Source: Lama guanicoe (Eukaryota). From it: a stretch of 64,000 nt of DNA. Position 1 is the stretch's first letter. Every line of letters begins with the position of its first letter. A program made the translations under genes and the position numbers. Positions 24,738-39,299 of this stretch are shown piece after piece. The stretch spans positions 27,172,764 to 27,236,763 of the forward strand of contig MU057352.1 of NCBI GenBank assembly GCA_013239625.1, read 5' to 3'. The notes beneath the pieces are model-generated. The model was not told the DNA's origin. It searched no databases and was given only the letters and a program-made list of their open reading frames with translations.

Positions 24738-26298
24738 AAACCACTGGCTCAGGCGATCTCTTAGGGCCCTTGCAAACAGAAACCTTTTGTTCTAGGATGT
24801 TTTTGCATGATTTACTTCTGAGTAAAGTCAAAAGAGGCAGAACGCAATTACTGGATTTGAAGGCTGTCCAAGACCCCAAGGTTAATGTCTTCATTCTTGA
24901 AAAGAAATTGTGGAGCTCTTTAGGGATTAAACATGTTCTATGTCATAGTTTTATGACATTTCAAAACCAGCACCTTAATCTGGGAAATTGAACAGACAGA
25001 GAAGGGTGAAATGCAGCCTTGCTTGTTGGAGGAGGCAGCCAAACACAGAGACACAGGGCAGGGACTCTTGACTTGGATTTGTGTGCTGGAGCTGCTTGTC
25101 AGGTGACTTACACATTCTGAGCCTTCTGGTTTTCATCTGCAGAATGGGTATATAGTACCTGCCTCTCAGGTTTGTTTTAAAGAGAAAGACTGTGTATTAA
25201 AAATTACTTTTTCACTGCTTGATACTTAGTGAACATCCAATAAATGATGGCTGTTATTAACAAATATCTTTCTAATGCATTCGGTACTTGTCAGCATTTC
25301 TGCAAAATGTTCTATAAATGAGAGTGGAAAGTCATGCAGTTTAAGAATTGCCCAATATCTGGGCTCTGTCAGGCCAACAGCATCTTTCTAGGGGAAGAAA
25401 GCCGTGTAATTCTTTTTTAAACTACATGCCCATGGTGGTAGCCTTCAAATTTTTGAATTTGCCAACTTTTTTTTCCCCAAAGGAGAGCAAGTTATTTTTG
25501 CCCAGTTGAAACCAAACCTAAATATTCAAGTTTGGGGTATAAGAGTTCCATGTTCTAAAAAGAATGAAGATGAGATTCAAATACGTTGTTGAGAAATAAA
25601 AAAGAGGCCCTGACATGATTTCTTTGCATATTTTGTAGTTTATTAGGTTAACTTCACTTGAGACTAAACCTGCAAACATCTTTTTTTTTTTCCCTTTCGG
25701 TAGTTAAAACAATTCAGAGAATGCACAAGGGATGGAGGACTTCTATAACTCAGTGGTTTATGGAATGGAGCTGCGTGCATGCACTTGGGCAGAACATTCA
25801 GTTTCTGAATACCTATGTCTAAAATAAGAATAATAATAGGATCCACCCTCTAGGATTGTTGGGAAGGTTAAATAAGGTGATTATCAAATGGGTCAGGCAC
25901 ATAGTAGGTGCACAGTAAGTTGGCTACTGCTATTTGTAGTGTATCAAGTTACTAAATATTTTGGTGTTGACATATATTTTGAACAGTAAATGCATAAAAT
26001 ATAAATTAATGGTAACTTCTTGCACTTAATGATCCTCATTTAATGGTTCCCGGATGCAGCTTAATCTACTTTGAGGTTGTGTAAATGTGTAAAATGACAT
26101 CAATTTTAAGAGATGTGACATCTGCTACTACAAATTTTACTAATTTGGTAAAAAAATTTGTCACTAGGGTGCCTTAGGACTAGCCAAACTTAGGAGAAGG
26201 CAGAATTCCACCAGGCAGTAAAATAGCTGACTGGTGAATAATTCTGTTGTTGGAGGAAAGATTCAGAATTTCACCTGTTCAAATCAGATGGTAGTGTC

Positions 26299-26716
26299 TG
26301 TAGCAGTTAGGATTAGGCTTGGCTGCAGAAAACCTGAAATAACAGGAGCTGAATCATATAGAAGTTAATTTCTCTCTTTTACAAGTCCTGGTAGACATGG
26401 CTGATATGGCATTCTACTGTTTCAGGGACCCAGGCTTCATCAACCTTGTTCCACAAAAGTACACACCATCTGTCTACAAGCTTACTTCCTAGTCCAAGTA
26501 GGCTGCTGCAGTTCCAGCCATTAAATCTTTATTCCAGGCATTTAGAAAGAGATGAAAAGCATGCCCTCTACCTTTTAGGACATTTCCAACGTATTACCCA
26601 AACCCCTAGGCCACTTCCAGCTACCTCACAAGAGACACTGGTAATGCAGTCTTTATCTTGGGAATGTGTGCTAAGAAGAGTAGGTTTTTGGGGACAATTA
26701 GCAGTCTGTGCTGCAG
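26299..26716 (-). mobile_element. Old MaLR LTR (MLT1J/K-like)
   Basis: CAGTTAGGATTAGGCTTGGCTGCAG...CAGGGACCCAGGCTTC...GGCTGCTGCAGTTCCAGCCAT motifs. Confidence 0.65.
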
Positions 26717-27538
26717 GATTAAAAGGGGTTAGATCACTCACTGTTGACGAGGGGCAGGAGTGTAGAAACTAATCCCATGTGCAAAGTGTGGACTTGGAGT
26801 TGCTTGTTGCCATAGTAACTAGAAAATACTGAACATGCCAAATGGCATGAAGACAAAAATTGTCCTTGCACCTCAGACCCTGTGTTCTAGCCAGAAACCT
26901 CTGGCTGATAAGCTCTTAAACTGAAGACGGCACTGGCTTGTGATGTTAAAATGACTTGTTTATTCTCCTGGTGCTAAACACTTTTTCGCTGGGAAAATTT
27001 AGAAATATACTGAGTGATGGGAAAGTAAATCACAGAAATAATACTTGTGAGGAAATCAGCTTATGTTTGGTATTTGAAGTATGTGGTATAATAAAAAATG
27101 TTTTTGACATATTAGAGCCTGATAAAGCCACTTGAAAATGTAACCGAGTAGCAGTTTAATATAGACTTGTAAGTATTCATTGGAAAATTTAAGAAAATTT
27201 GCCATGTTTAGAAGAATCTAAGGGTCTTTAAACTTGGTTGTAAGTTTATCGCTTCACTAGATGTTTCAAATACTTAGAAAGGCTTTGCTTATCATATCAG
27301 TATAAATACTGGAAGGATTTTAATGAATTGAGCCATTATCTGAGCCCATTGTTTAAAGTTATTTAGATTTATTTAAACAATGAACAAGGGAGTCTCTGAA
27401 AATAACTATTAAAACATAGTCTATGTTTAAAGAGAATTGTAAGTTGAATTGAAAGACCTAAGGAAAAAATGGATTTCTAAATTATTAATATACTAAAAAC
27501 TAATCAACCTTAAATATTTTTCTGTGTGCAAAAGCTGC

Positions 27539-27562
27539 ATAATAATAATAATAATAATATAA
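27539..27562. repeat. (AAT)n microsatellite
   Basis: ATAATAATAATAATAATAATATAAT. Confidence 0.85.
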
Positions 27563-27914
27563 TTTTAAAAAACACTAACAGCTTCAACTTTTAAAAATTT
27601 TGTTTATTCATATACAAATGAGAAGGCTCTGGGGATCATTTCTTTTTTCTTTTAGTAGTGGAACTCTTTTCAGTTTGTTTCTTTGTTGCTTCAAATTAAA
27701 TCTTATGTGGAATCCAGTGTTAGCCTTTGAGAAATGACTCCCCTGCATTCCAAGCAGTCTGGGGAGCCTTTCGGTCAGGGAGCCCTCCCCGTCCTCAGTT
27801 TCAGGACAGCAGGCTGGTTCCACCGCACTTGCCACTTCTCTGCAGAGACCCATCGTTCTTTCTCTCCTTCTATGTGGAAGACTCCATTTTACCTCCCTGC
27901 TTCTTGTTTTTTAG

Positions 27915-28170
27915 CACAGGAGTAAAAAGCAGATTCGGAAACCAGATTTTGTGTGTTCAAATCCGGCTCTCATGCTACCTGGCTGTGTGACCTTGGGTTC
28001 ATTGCTTAACCTCTCTGAGTCTCAATTTCCTAGTGTATAAAATTAACATAACAGTGTCCCCTTTAGTATTTAGTATTGTTGTAAAGATTAAGTGCATTAA
28101 TCCATGTAAATCTCTTGAATGGTGACTGGCATACAGTAAGTGCTCAATATATGTTTATGATTATTATTAC
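27915..28170 (+). mobile_element. MIR SINE (near full length; representative of >20 MIR fragments in the window)
   Basis: GGCTGTGTGACCTTGGG...CTTAACCTCTCTGAGTCTCAATTTCC...TGGCATACAGTAAGTGCTCAATA core. Confidence 0.85.
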
Positions 28171-29271
28171 CTAGTTGCCTAGATTTCTTTCAGTTGTATG
28201 AATGAACCCACATTTTTCCATCAGATTCATTTTGTCCTCCTTACTTTTTAACTAAGGACTATTTCTGTTTCTGGCAAACAACGTTTTCTGGCTGAAATAA
28301 ACCCAGTGTGAAAAAAAGATACCCTCAGTGCAGGGGGAAGGGCCCCTTGGACCCCCTGTACCTGCTGTAACAGCATAAGGTCACCTCAGTGGATCACAGG
28401 CATCAAGCGACATACCTGAAACCCACCGGGTCTGGTCGTGTTAAGGGCTCCTCCTCCAGTTTGTGTGCTCCGAGCTCCTTCTTCGGTCACACCTGCCATC
28501 CTGCCTATAAGGATCATGTGCTGAATAGTGACCTCAAATTCTGGACAAATATCTAATGAAGGTCTATGATGTTCACGAGAGTCTCTTCTTATTAAGACAG
28601 AGGAATAAACTCATAATTTTACAATAAACTCAACAAGGATCAGATGTAGAAGTAGAGGAGGAGGAGAAGGAGATGGGGAAGGGGAAGAAGAAAAGCACCA
28701 CCAGCATCTCATGACTACCTGAGTTCCACTGGCCCCTTCAGTGTCATCTCCTAGGAGCCCCTCTCGTCTGTGGGATAAAGGTGACAGCTGCTCAGCCTGG
28801 TGTGCAGACCTGCCGGGACTGCCTTTAGCTGCGCCCCCATCTCCAGTTCTGCGCCTTCTCTCCATTTCCCATCGTAGCGTATCTTTCATAAGCACCAGAC
28901 TGCTTCTCCATCTTATTTATTCCATGCTCTCTCTCACCTCCATATCTTTGTGTATGTCCTTCCCTCCTTGCCACCTTGTCCAGCTGGCACTGACCACTCA
29001 TCTTCAAGCCTCCCATCACACAGTGTCTTCCCTGAAACAGTCCCTGACCTCCCCCAAGCATGTTGCCGAATATCTGCTCCTACTGCCCTGTGCACTTTCA
29101 ACACAACCCCATTTTGCACTCATCAGATGGGATCTCCTTGTGGGCAGGGTGTGTGTCTCTCCCTCATTTTTTACCCACTGCCAGCCTGGTCCCTGACCCA
29201 GAGCTGGTGGTCCTGGAGATTTACTGAACAGGGTCTACCCTAGACCACGCTGTCCTTCTCTGATGTGCTTT

Positions 29272-29460
29272 TGAGAGGGAGCAGGACCCTGTGCCCCACT
29301 CCCTGCCTCTTGTTTATAGAAAAGCTGAAGTCTCCCCGGCCTCCCTGGGAGCAGGCTCAAGCAGTGGATTAGGACAAGCCTGCAGGCACTGGGGGACGGC
29401 AACGGCTCTGACCACCTATCTCAACGAGTAACCCATCCACTTATTCTGCGTGTCTTTCTG
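29272..29460 (+). mobile_element. Truncated LTR related to the 24045 LTR
   Basis: TGAGAGGGAGCAGGACCCTGTG...TGCCTCTTGTTTATAGAAAAGCT matches the 5' end of 24045 (TGAAATGGAGCAGGACCTTATG...TGCCTCTTGTCCATAGAATAACT). Confidence 0.6.
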
Positions 29461-30769
29461 AGTCCAAGCCTACCCTGCCCTTAAATAATCTCCACCAAGC
29501 AGATGGACTGTCAAGTCCTGTTCACCCCAGCTCAAAGACCTATCTGAGCTTCTTCGAGAGGCAGAAGCATGTTCCTTGGAATCTGTAGATGCCAGGGTTT
29601 GGTGTCAAGATGATTCTGATACTCAGTGAGCAGTATATCAGGCTCTGTGATACCAAGGCAAAAAGAAAAGAAAGCATGTCAATGCCACCTTTTGGGGACG
29701 GTGTGACAATGTCAAAATAAACTCACAGCAACCGTTGTTAGCTTGGACTGAAGGGAGATGCCGGGCCTTCTGCAGAAATGAGACCTAAAGCCAGGAGGTC
29801 TCCCTGGTGCATGGTTCCCCTCCCCCATGCCTGCCTCTCCACCCCTGATGGCCTCTAAGGCTTGTCCCCCTTCAAGGCTAGGCTCCGAATTTCTGCCATT
29901 GCCATTCTTCTAAGAAGGTGACGAAAGAAACCATGTCTTATTTATTTTATGCAGTTGTTCCTTTAATAAAATATGGAATGTTTTATAGTAACACAGAGAC
30001 AACATCTTGCAAAAGAAAAAAAAATTCCCTTAAACCCCAAACCAATCATTCATCTATCCAAATTTGTTTGGGAAAGCTGAAATAGCCCCCGGGAAACCTG
30101 TCCTGGGCATCCACCACCACCCGGATTCAACACGTGATCTGGCAGATAAATGAACGAGAGAATTCTAACCAAACTGTATTCCCTCCAAAACGCATGCTTT
30201 GTTCCTTATCTAAACCCTTAAATTACAGCTCATCTATCAATCCATCTCATCTCACAATCTGCCCCTAGAACACTGGGCAATTGTCACCCTTTTTTATCCT
30301 GAGCCATCAAGTATTCAGAAGGACACCCATTCAGTAATCTATCCATTGCCAGGAATGCAGCCAGCCCACTCTTCACATCCTGAACACCAAGGCTTAGCTG
30401 TCCCTCAGGTCACGGCCACACACGGAAATACATGGCAAGTCAAGAAAGTGAGTCCTCTTTGGCCCTTAACTCCTGAGTTGTCCAAAAAGTAGATTTATTT
30501 TCAATTTATAAATGATGCCTCTGCCTCAAGATGGCATCAGTATCTGACCAATACTCCCTTCTTTGCCTTATTCTGATATAAGTCAATTAAGCATGGAAGA
30601 TATTTGATAATTTTGATAAAACACGAGGTTAGAAAAATGATCATTTATTAAGCACTTCTTAGGTACTGGAGACTGTGCTTGGTGCTGAATATCCCTTAGA
30701 ATTGTTAACATACATTATGCACTTCCGTGTTCCTGGGACGGCTTAATGCAGGGTAATGTGCCACACATT

Positions 30770-30955
30770 CATTCCTCCCAGCAGCCCTGGGAGAAGGGAA
30801 CCGGCGTAAATATCTCTATGCTAACAGATGAGGAAAATGAGGCTCCGAGAAGTTGAGTAAGTGACCCCACGTCACACAGCTTGTGCGAGGGGAAATTAAC
30901 CTTACCCATCAGGCATCTGGCTCTGGACGTCGTGGTCCATACTTCTATTCCCACA
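30770..30955 (-). mobile_element. MIR SINE
   Basis: ACAGATGAGGAAAATGAGGCTCCGAGAAGTTGAGTAAGTGACCCCACGTCACACAGC. Confidence 0.75.
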
Positions 30956-33900
30956 CTTCAACTCACTACCATTTAAGACCCAACGCGACCCAAATTTGGC
31001 CCCTGGGCTGCCAAGCAGCAGCCCTGTCTGTACATTAAAGAGCCCATCTCTTTGCAGGGTGGACTACCCAGCCGGCCTCCCCAGCCTCACCAGCTGTTTC
31101 CACTCTATGACCCTCTGTGTTGCCTGGAAGATTACACTGCAAACCCTGATCAGCTATGTTCCACTTCTCTGACCTTGAACTAGTCATCTGAACTGCTCTG
31201 AAACTCCATGTCCTTATCTGCAAAATGAGGGGAAAAGTCCCTTTCCTTGCAAGATCTTGTGAAATACAACCAGACAACTTGTGTAAAAACCTCCATTTCA
31301 ATGCCAGGAACACGGTGGAATTTAGCCATTGCCCGTTTCCTTCCCTTTCCTCTTTGAACTTTCAAGCGAGATTAGTTTGGAACTTAGCTGCACGCCTCCC
31401 ACATGCCCCCAGCCAAATACCCCTCCTGCCTGTCCCAAGAGCCACTGGAGTGAGCACACTGTGTTATATTTATCACGGAACGTGTCCTCTTCCTGAATTG
31501 CTTGAGGGTGGGGCTTCTGGGTTTACCTCTTTGTAACAACCCCAGAGCCCAGCACAGTTTCTGACAAACGCAGGAGCTTAATAGATACATGTCTGTTGAA
31601 TAAACAAGTGAACAGCTGAATGCAATCTTTTCTGGTCCCTGATAATCCATAATAATGACTCGGTGGCTTGAGCTTTGACTTGGTCGTACCTGTACGTGCC
31701 GGATTGGTCTCCAGGGGAACACAGTCGAGAGGGATTATTTCTCAGCTTCTCTGCACTCGGTTCAATTCAACAAACATTTCATTTACATCCACAATGAGCT
31801 TGAAGTGGGAAGAGGCAGAGCCCGATGCTCTCGGCACAGCCCTGTCCTCATTTCTGGGCTCATCATGCCAGCTCTTCCAAAGCCCCGCACAAATTAGCCA
31901 CTTGAGAAGCATTTTTAATGAGTACACGTTTGTCCGTGTCCTTTGCCTGTACCGACAACTCAGCAGAAAAAGAAAGCTCATGGGTTCCGAGATGAAAGGG
32001 AACTTGGGATGTCTGCATACCACGTTCTCGTTCTCTCACACACACATTCACTCATGTACGTCCATGTGACATTTCCCAGGGTTACGAGGAAGCGATCTCA
32101 TTTCAAGTAGCATGGGAATAGTGGGTCTGCCTCGTCCCTCCAGCTGGGGTTTGTAGATAGTTTTATGACTGCTGAATTGAGGTCTGCCAGAGAACATTTC
32201 ACACAATCAGGAGATACGTGCCCTGCACACCCTCCTAAGTGCTCAAGCTGCTTTTGGGCCAAGGCAGGAGGAGGACATGTGTGCTTTCCAGGTGGGGTCC
32301 GCTCTCAAGTCCCAGCAGCCAGCCTGTGGTCCAGTTCATCCGCGCACAACAGCATCCACCTGTTAGCAGGATGTGCAGGCAGAGCAGGGCTGGAAGGGAG
32401 GACAGGACGCCAATGTGCCCACCTCCGTGGGGACCAACCAAGGCTTCACAGCCAATCCCAAGTAATCTAAATTAGCAGCAACCATCTTCAGGTAAAGACG
32501 AGGCGTTTCTGGGAGATGCTCTGAGCTTGCACTGACGAGTGGCAGAGTTGTGCTTCCTCCTCTGTAAACCCATCACCTATTCTATGCAGGAGTGCGGTGA
32601 GGATGAAGTCAGACAAGGCATGTAAACAGCCTATGGTGGAAAGACACAACCAAGGGACGCTTACCGTTTTTACATGATATGCCTGCACACGGTGCATGAA
32701 TCTTCAGTGCAAAGCTCAATGCATTTTCCATGTGCACACATCTGTGTTCAGAAACGCCCCCTCCATCAGATGCTCCCAGCACCCAGCCCACTCACTCCCT
32801 TCTAGGGACCCTTAATGTAAATCTCTCTTTTTTTAATTGCTCTTCACCCAACACACATAATCCCTGGCTCCCAACTTACAGGAATAAAAAGACCTTTAAA
32901 ATATAACACCATATTGGAAACAGAGGTTGACCAGAAAATGACTCCCATTTACTGCTACTGATGCTGCTGTTAGTATTTTCACTGGGCATGTGTTAAATGT
33001 TGTCATCAATAATATGACGCTATTTATAAAGAACTTGGGAAACTCCTGACTACAGGGAATTCGAGTTTCCAAGAAACCATAAAGCCATGGCGCCGTCCCA
33101 CAGCCCAGGCACTGTTTGTGAAGCTGGGGGAAGATCCCTGGCCCCATCTCTCCTTGTACTATTTCCTGCATTTGGGGAGACACCCTTGGAGACTGCAGGG
33201 CTTAGAGGGCAGCCCGCCAAGCATGAGGGTCTGCTCTGCTCGGAATTGTGCTACTAGGAAGCTGTGTGGCCCCGGGCTGCTCAGGCTGACTCCCAGAGCC
33301 TGGGACTCCTCGTCTGTAAAACCTCAGGGTAGATACCTGCTTTGTCTTTCTCTGTGCTTTAAAGGTGAAAATGCCTCAGTCCCCAAGACCGCTCAGGCCT
33401 GGCTTCCCCCAAATCCTCAGAAAGAATTGGGACATTGCTAGCTCACATGGAGTCTCCATGTGGTTTGAAAAAGGTGCACCTGCAGGGTGGGTGCAGTCCC
33501 ACAGCTTGGAGGGGGAGCAGTGGCCCCTTTGTTAGAAGAAAAGCCCACTTGCTTTGGACAGATGAAGTCTTGCACCAGAGCACACAAGTTGGCCAGAAGA
33601 GGGTAAGCTGGAGTTCAGCCCTTTTGTGCAGTGCGCAACTTGCAGAACTGTGCATGGTCATCCCGCACAGAGTCTGCTGCTGTCTCTGTGTTTGCATTTA
33701 ATAGAGTCCTTGCTCTGACTCTGTTATTTTAAGATAAAGATTACATGGAATCTTGTTAGTAAAGTCTTTTCAACTCCACCTGACATGGTTTTTTAGGGAC
33801 TACCCCACCCAAAGGCTCCTCCAGCTTGCCCAGGGCCTGCACACCCCTCCACCTCGCTGCTCCGGAGTCCTGCTCCACGTCTTCCCCTCAGGGTTCCATG

Positions 33901-36139
33901 AGATGTGGGGGTAGAGAATGGGTAGGCTGCTTCTGTATGTTTTCCTCTGCACCTGGCACAGTGCTGGGCTCTTGATCGTGCTCAAAAAAATATTAGTGAG
34001 GGAGGGAGAAAGGCAAGGGAAGGCAGGGGAAAGAAAAGATGGAAGAAAGAAAGGAAAGAAGCAAAAGGGAGAACCGTAGGCGCCAACGAGCAAGTCCGTG
34101 GATCCCTCTCCTCCCCATTCGCCCAGCCGGGCTTCACCTGTACTGTCCCCATCACACCTGAACTGCAGCTCATTGGCACAGACCTCCTGTCTGCAGTCTG
34201 TTCCCCTCCAGCCACTAGTGCGACTTCAGGACAGGGAGTAAGTCTTCCTTACCTTTGCAGTCCCAAGGCACCTGGTGCTTCCTCACACGTGAGCGGGGCC
34301 CCACCACTGATAACTGAGTGGAGATAAATCGAGTTGAGTACATAATCCAGAAAGCCCACCACACTACACGTGGACAAGGACCCACTGTCTCCTAACATCC
34401 CTGCGCACCTGCCTGCCCAGGTGTGGAGCAGCCTGCCAGGTGTCCCCTGCTCTCTGCTCCTGGATGACCCAGACTTTTTCACACCCCACTCCGCTGACTT
34501 AGCCTCCCTGACGGGGCCCCAGGGGTGGATCTCCCCACTAGCCACGTCCTCTCCCTCGGGCTGCCGAGCAGACCCTTGGCATTCATGGACTTTCCTTTCC
34601 TGATTTTGATTCTTTGTCAAATCCGTTCAGAAGATCCACAGAAAGTAATTTGTTTGGAGCAGTGACACTCAATCCTGGCTCGGCCACTCGTTAGCTGTGT
34701 TACTCTGGTCAAATTATTCATGCTTTTTAAGCCTCAGTTTCCTCATCTGTAAAACGAGACAAAGATGGACATGTTACTGGTGTACTGGGAAGACCGGCCC
34801 GGCTCTCTGTGAAGGTAACTACACACACGGCGCACACTCGACATGAGGGGGTGTTAGGACTGTTCTCTGATCCAGGACCAGCAAACTTATTCTTAAATTT
34901 TCTTTAAAAGTATAAAGTGTATTCTTGTTTGTGGACCATAAAAAAAAATACACCTCAGGTGGATTTGGCCATTATGGCATTAAATATCCAAAGAAGTCAT
35001 ATACCTTTTAATTTTTTCAGTTATCCTTTATTGAATTTCATGCAGAGAAACATCTCTCTCTCCTTCTCCCTCTCTCTCTCTCTGTTTGTAAGAATTGGTG
35101 GATTCGTGACATTTGTGAGTTCTGTCCCTCAGTGACCTACTCTATAATCAAATTACAGACTCTCTCTTACTGGATGCCTGCACAGGACAGACCTGGCGTC
35201 CAGTATTTTGCTTATATTATCTAGTTCAACCTCCAGAGATGGACATCATAATCTCATTTTGTAGATGAGCACAGGGAGGCTCAGAGTGGGTAAGTAATTT
35301 ACCCAACATCACCCAGCAAATAAGAAACAGAGCCAGATTCGATCTCAGTTCTGTCCAACCTTAGAGCACTGGCTTTTCAGCACTGTTCTCTCCTGACCTC
35401 TGCCTTCCCTAGTTGACCCCTGGGGTCCCATCCTGGGTCCTAGCCCACCAGCGACCCTCCTCCTCTGCCATCATGGATGGGGGGGAGAGTCTGCTTGGCA
35501 TTACCTGCACTTACTCTGATTCAGGTGCCTCTAATTACCTAGCATCTCTCCTCCCAGCAAAGCTGAGAAAGAATATCTGAAAAGGGCCTTAGCTAAGCCC
35601 AGAAAATCATCAAAAAATGGAAAGCGGTGTGGACTCAGCCAGTGCTGGATCCCAACTCACCTGGAGAACTGGAGGCGGGACACAGCTGTCTTATCTATGG
35701 AATGAGGACGGGAGCCAAGGCCACCGCGGGGGCCCAGGGGACTTCCAAAGAGAAACACTTGGGTTGCTGCACGAGCTTCAGTGTATGCTCGGGTCCAGCT
35801 AAGTCAGAAATTCAAATAAATCAGAGATAGCTCAAACAAAGGGGGTGGTTTTACATAATATATGTGAGATATGCTAACTAAATAAATACACCACCAGAAA
35901 CGGTCTGTTGATCTCACGGGGGGAGCAGAACATTTTGTCTTGTCAAAGGTTTTACGCACAAGCCATTCGCTGATAAGCAAAGCAGATTATCATCTTTTCC
36001 GGTTAAATGATATTTTGAAAAGTTCAGGGAAGTTTGTGGTTGGTTCAGGATGCTAAGCTTAAGTGTGATGATTATTTTTATTATCTTAATTTTTGACGGT
36101 AAAAATTCTTCTTGGAAGTCTGAAATGATACATCACAGA

Positions 36140-36292
36140 CAAATGTTTCCCAGACTGTTACACAGGTGGCCCAGGAGTCTTGTTCAAATGCAGATTCTGA
36201 TTCAGCAGGTCTAAGGCAGGGCCTGAGATTCTTCATTTCTAACCAGCTCCCAAGGGATGCAGAGTCCATGGGCCACACTTTGAGTCACAAGG
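36140..36292. mobile_element. hAT-Charlie MITE (MER5A-like)
   Basis: AAATGCAGATTCTGATTCAGCAGGTCTAAGGCAGGGCCTGAGATTCTTCATTTCTAACCAGCTCCCA...CCACACTTTGAG. Confidence 0.85.
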
Positions 36293-36959
36293 ATTTCTGC
36301 TTCACACCCGTGTGCACAATGCCCTGCATCTAAATGACCTCTGGGATTTACAGAGTCTGAATCTGGGTCTGTCCCCTGTCGGTAGTGTGACTTCGGCAAA
36401 TGATCTTGGTTCTCAGCCTCTGTTTCCTTATTCGTAGAGAAAATAAATACTTGCTCCTCAGAGCTAGCGGGAAGATTAAATGAGACGTGTGTAAAGATGT
36501 ACAGCACATTTGTATATGTACTGGGTCCAAAATTACTCTCAAAGGAAAGCCCTTGCTTGACGTCAGTTGTACATTTTATGTCAGTCTGAAGTCAACCCTC
36601 TACACTTCCTCCCTCTCTCTCATAAATTCCGTGTTACTCACTATCTCACGTTTAGTCACTTAATTACAACCCCCTTGAAATTTGCCTTCAGGTATTCATC
36701 CCCAATAGAATATTGCTATTTTTTATTTTATATGTACTTTTTGGCCTGGGATATGGGTTTTAAATGGACATTATTGGTATCAGCTTTATGAAAATAAATA
36801 TAATATTTGTAAAAACTGCAAAAAATTAAACTGTAAATCTTAGCTTTCTATCATAAACTCCATGGAGGGAGGGATCATATCATGTGTTCCAAGCTTCCCA
36901 GTCCCTGGCCAGCAACCCCCAAATAATTTTGAGGTGCTTCTAGAGAATGGGTTTCTAGA

Positions 36960-37180
36960 CCAAGCACATTATCCAGACAGTATTTTGTTAAGTTCTTGCA
37001 ACAATTCAGTGATGCAGGTATGTATTTCTGTGCCCATTTTATAGATGAGAAGACAGATGCAGAAAGTGAGGGGCTTCGCCAAGGTCACACAGCTGGTGGG
37101 TGAATGAGCTGGGATCTGGGTGAATGAGCTGGGATCTGTGTGAAGGTCTGTTCGGACCCAAACCAGAGAGCTCAGTCCCT
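36960..37180 (-). mobile_element. MIR SINE containing a 20-bp tandem duplication
   Basis: CCCATTTTATAGATGAGAAGACAGA...GCCAAGGTCACACAGCTGG. Confidence 0.75.
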
Positions 37181-39299
37181 AGACCACACCCTAAACATTT
37201 TTAAAAGACTTGCTGGATTGGGTTTGACTTGTTTCCACGATTGCGTGTTAGCTTTGAGAGAATCTTGGCAGAAGGAGACAGCAGGCAGACATGAAAAGAC
37301 AGTCATTTGACAGTCAGGAGACTGATACCCTTGTCCAAGCTCTGCCATTTGTCTCCCTGGGCCTCAGTTTTCCCATCTGTTCAATGGGAGGGCTGGATTG
37401 CTTGGTTGCTAGAAATGCTTTGGGTGCCTGTAAAAGACCCATTACTGAAGAATGAGAACTTTAAGCTTCTCTGGTTTTCTTGGAGATCCCCATTGTTTTT
37501 AAAGAGGGAACCATAGGATATCATTTCACTATCTGAAAAACAGCCCCATCCCACAAGGTCACCTAAAAAACTGTCAGACAAGGAATATGACAAAATCCCC
37601 CCAACTGACAGTGACGGGGTCAGTCACAGCGCGTCCACCCCTGTGTTCCACTCAGCACACCTGAGGCGGGTGTAGGGGGTGTGGTTGCCAGCTGCCCAGG
37701 ACCCGTTCGGGGGAAGACACATGACTCAGCTCCCAGCTTAATCCCTCCCCAAGAAGTGTCCTTGGTCAGGTGGATCCGCCTCTCCCAAGGTCGTGGTCCC
37801 ACCCCCAGGCTAGAGGGGCACCCAAGGACTCGCCCATGTGGGAGCCCAAAGCCAGATCCCCTTACTCCGGCTCAGCTCAGCCCTGCAAAGCCATGCAGCC
37901 CAGAGACCCTGAGACCTTCACTGTGATGGCATCACAGTCTGGCTCTCCTCGATGCCCCCACCCTTTCTTTATCCCCAGGGGATGGATGGGGGCCACGCCC
38001 CAGTGTAACTCTTGTACCCAAATCTCTTCCTCAGAGCTTTCTCCCCAGGGAGCCCAGGCTAGGAGAGTGGTGTCATGGCTATTTCTGTTTTTCAGACGAG
38101 AAACAGAGAGGCTAAAGAGTGACGTGATTTGCCCCAAGCCACAGCTTGCAAGTACTCAGTCCCCAAGGGACAGGGTGGCCTCCTAGCTGAGGGGGAAATA
38201 GATGTGGGTTCTGTGAGGGCAGAGATGACCCGTCACTAGGGGTGAAACATCACCTTTACGTTTTTCTAAAGACTCGTTCTTCAGTAGTGAGTCTTTCACA
38301 GGCATCCGCAGCATTACAGCACCCCTATGGCAACACCCTCCCCGCAAAACGGTCCAGCTCCCTCCTTTGTGGTATAGTAGCCCCACCTCTGTGCTATTCA
38401 TAGCTTTGTCACCTGCACTGGATTGTCCCCCAACCGTGTGCTCCTTCTGCACAGGAACTAATCTGTGTCTCGGTCCAGGACAACATCCCAGCACCTTCCT
38501 GTGACCCACATGGTCCCCATGGCCTGAGGGTTGACTGCCCCAGCATCATCTCCTCTCCTGCCTTGGTCCCCTACACCTCATTTCCACCCGGCTGAGTGAC
38601 TTCCATTAGTCTGTCCCACAGCATGCATGTTCTGAGCCTCAGCCAAGGATCTGGGTGTGAGGGAGACACACGTGGATTAAGAAGACCTGCGTCTTGTCCT
38701 GGAGTGGCTCACTGCAGAGGGACAGTAGGTCTGTGCACAGACAGTTGTCCCCGGTAGGTGACTTCCGGGGTGGGAGCAGGCATGGTGCTGAGAAAACATA
38801 AAGGAGACACTTCATCCCGGGTTTCTGGTCATTCCTGTCCTCAGAAGAGTCACATTCCAGTGATGGGCCCACCCACCCGTCAGCGAGTGAGTTAAATAAA
38901 ACAAGCAGAAAATGTGCCAAAGTTCTAATCAGAGATGCCCAAAGGTAGGCGGGCAGGACCACGGTGCTGAGATGGTGACCTTGAGATGGAGCCGCTGGCC
39001 CTCTCTCCGGCCTCCGGAGCCTCTGTGTACACTGTGCTCCTTCTCCCTTCGACTGGTGACCACCTACTTGCCTCTCCAGCCCCGGTCAAAGTCATCCCGT
39101 ATGTCAGTCCTCCTTGAGCCTCTCAGGAAGTGTCTGCCCCTCCTCCTTTGTTGTATTCCAAGGACCTTCTGTGTGAGGGGCCTGATCACGGGGCCCTGCA
39201 TTTGTCTGCTTCCTCCTCCGTGAGCTTCTCCAGGGGAACTGGTCGTCCAGGCACAGGGGTGGCCCGTGGCCACCCCTGCTCTCCCACCTGCTTCTGTGC

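Noticed and set aside
38775-38972. Two minus-strand TCAGCACC half-sites (also 18142 on plus) as REST/NRSE elements
   Set aside because: The right half-site (GGACAG) is poorly matched in all cases.
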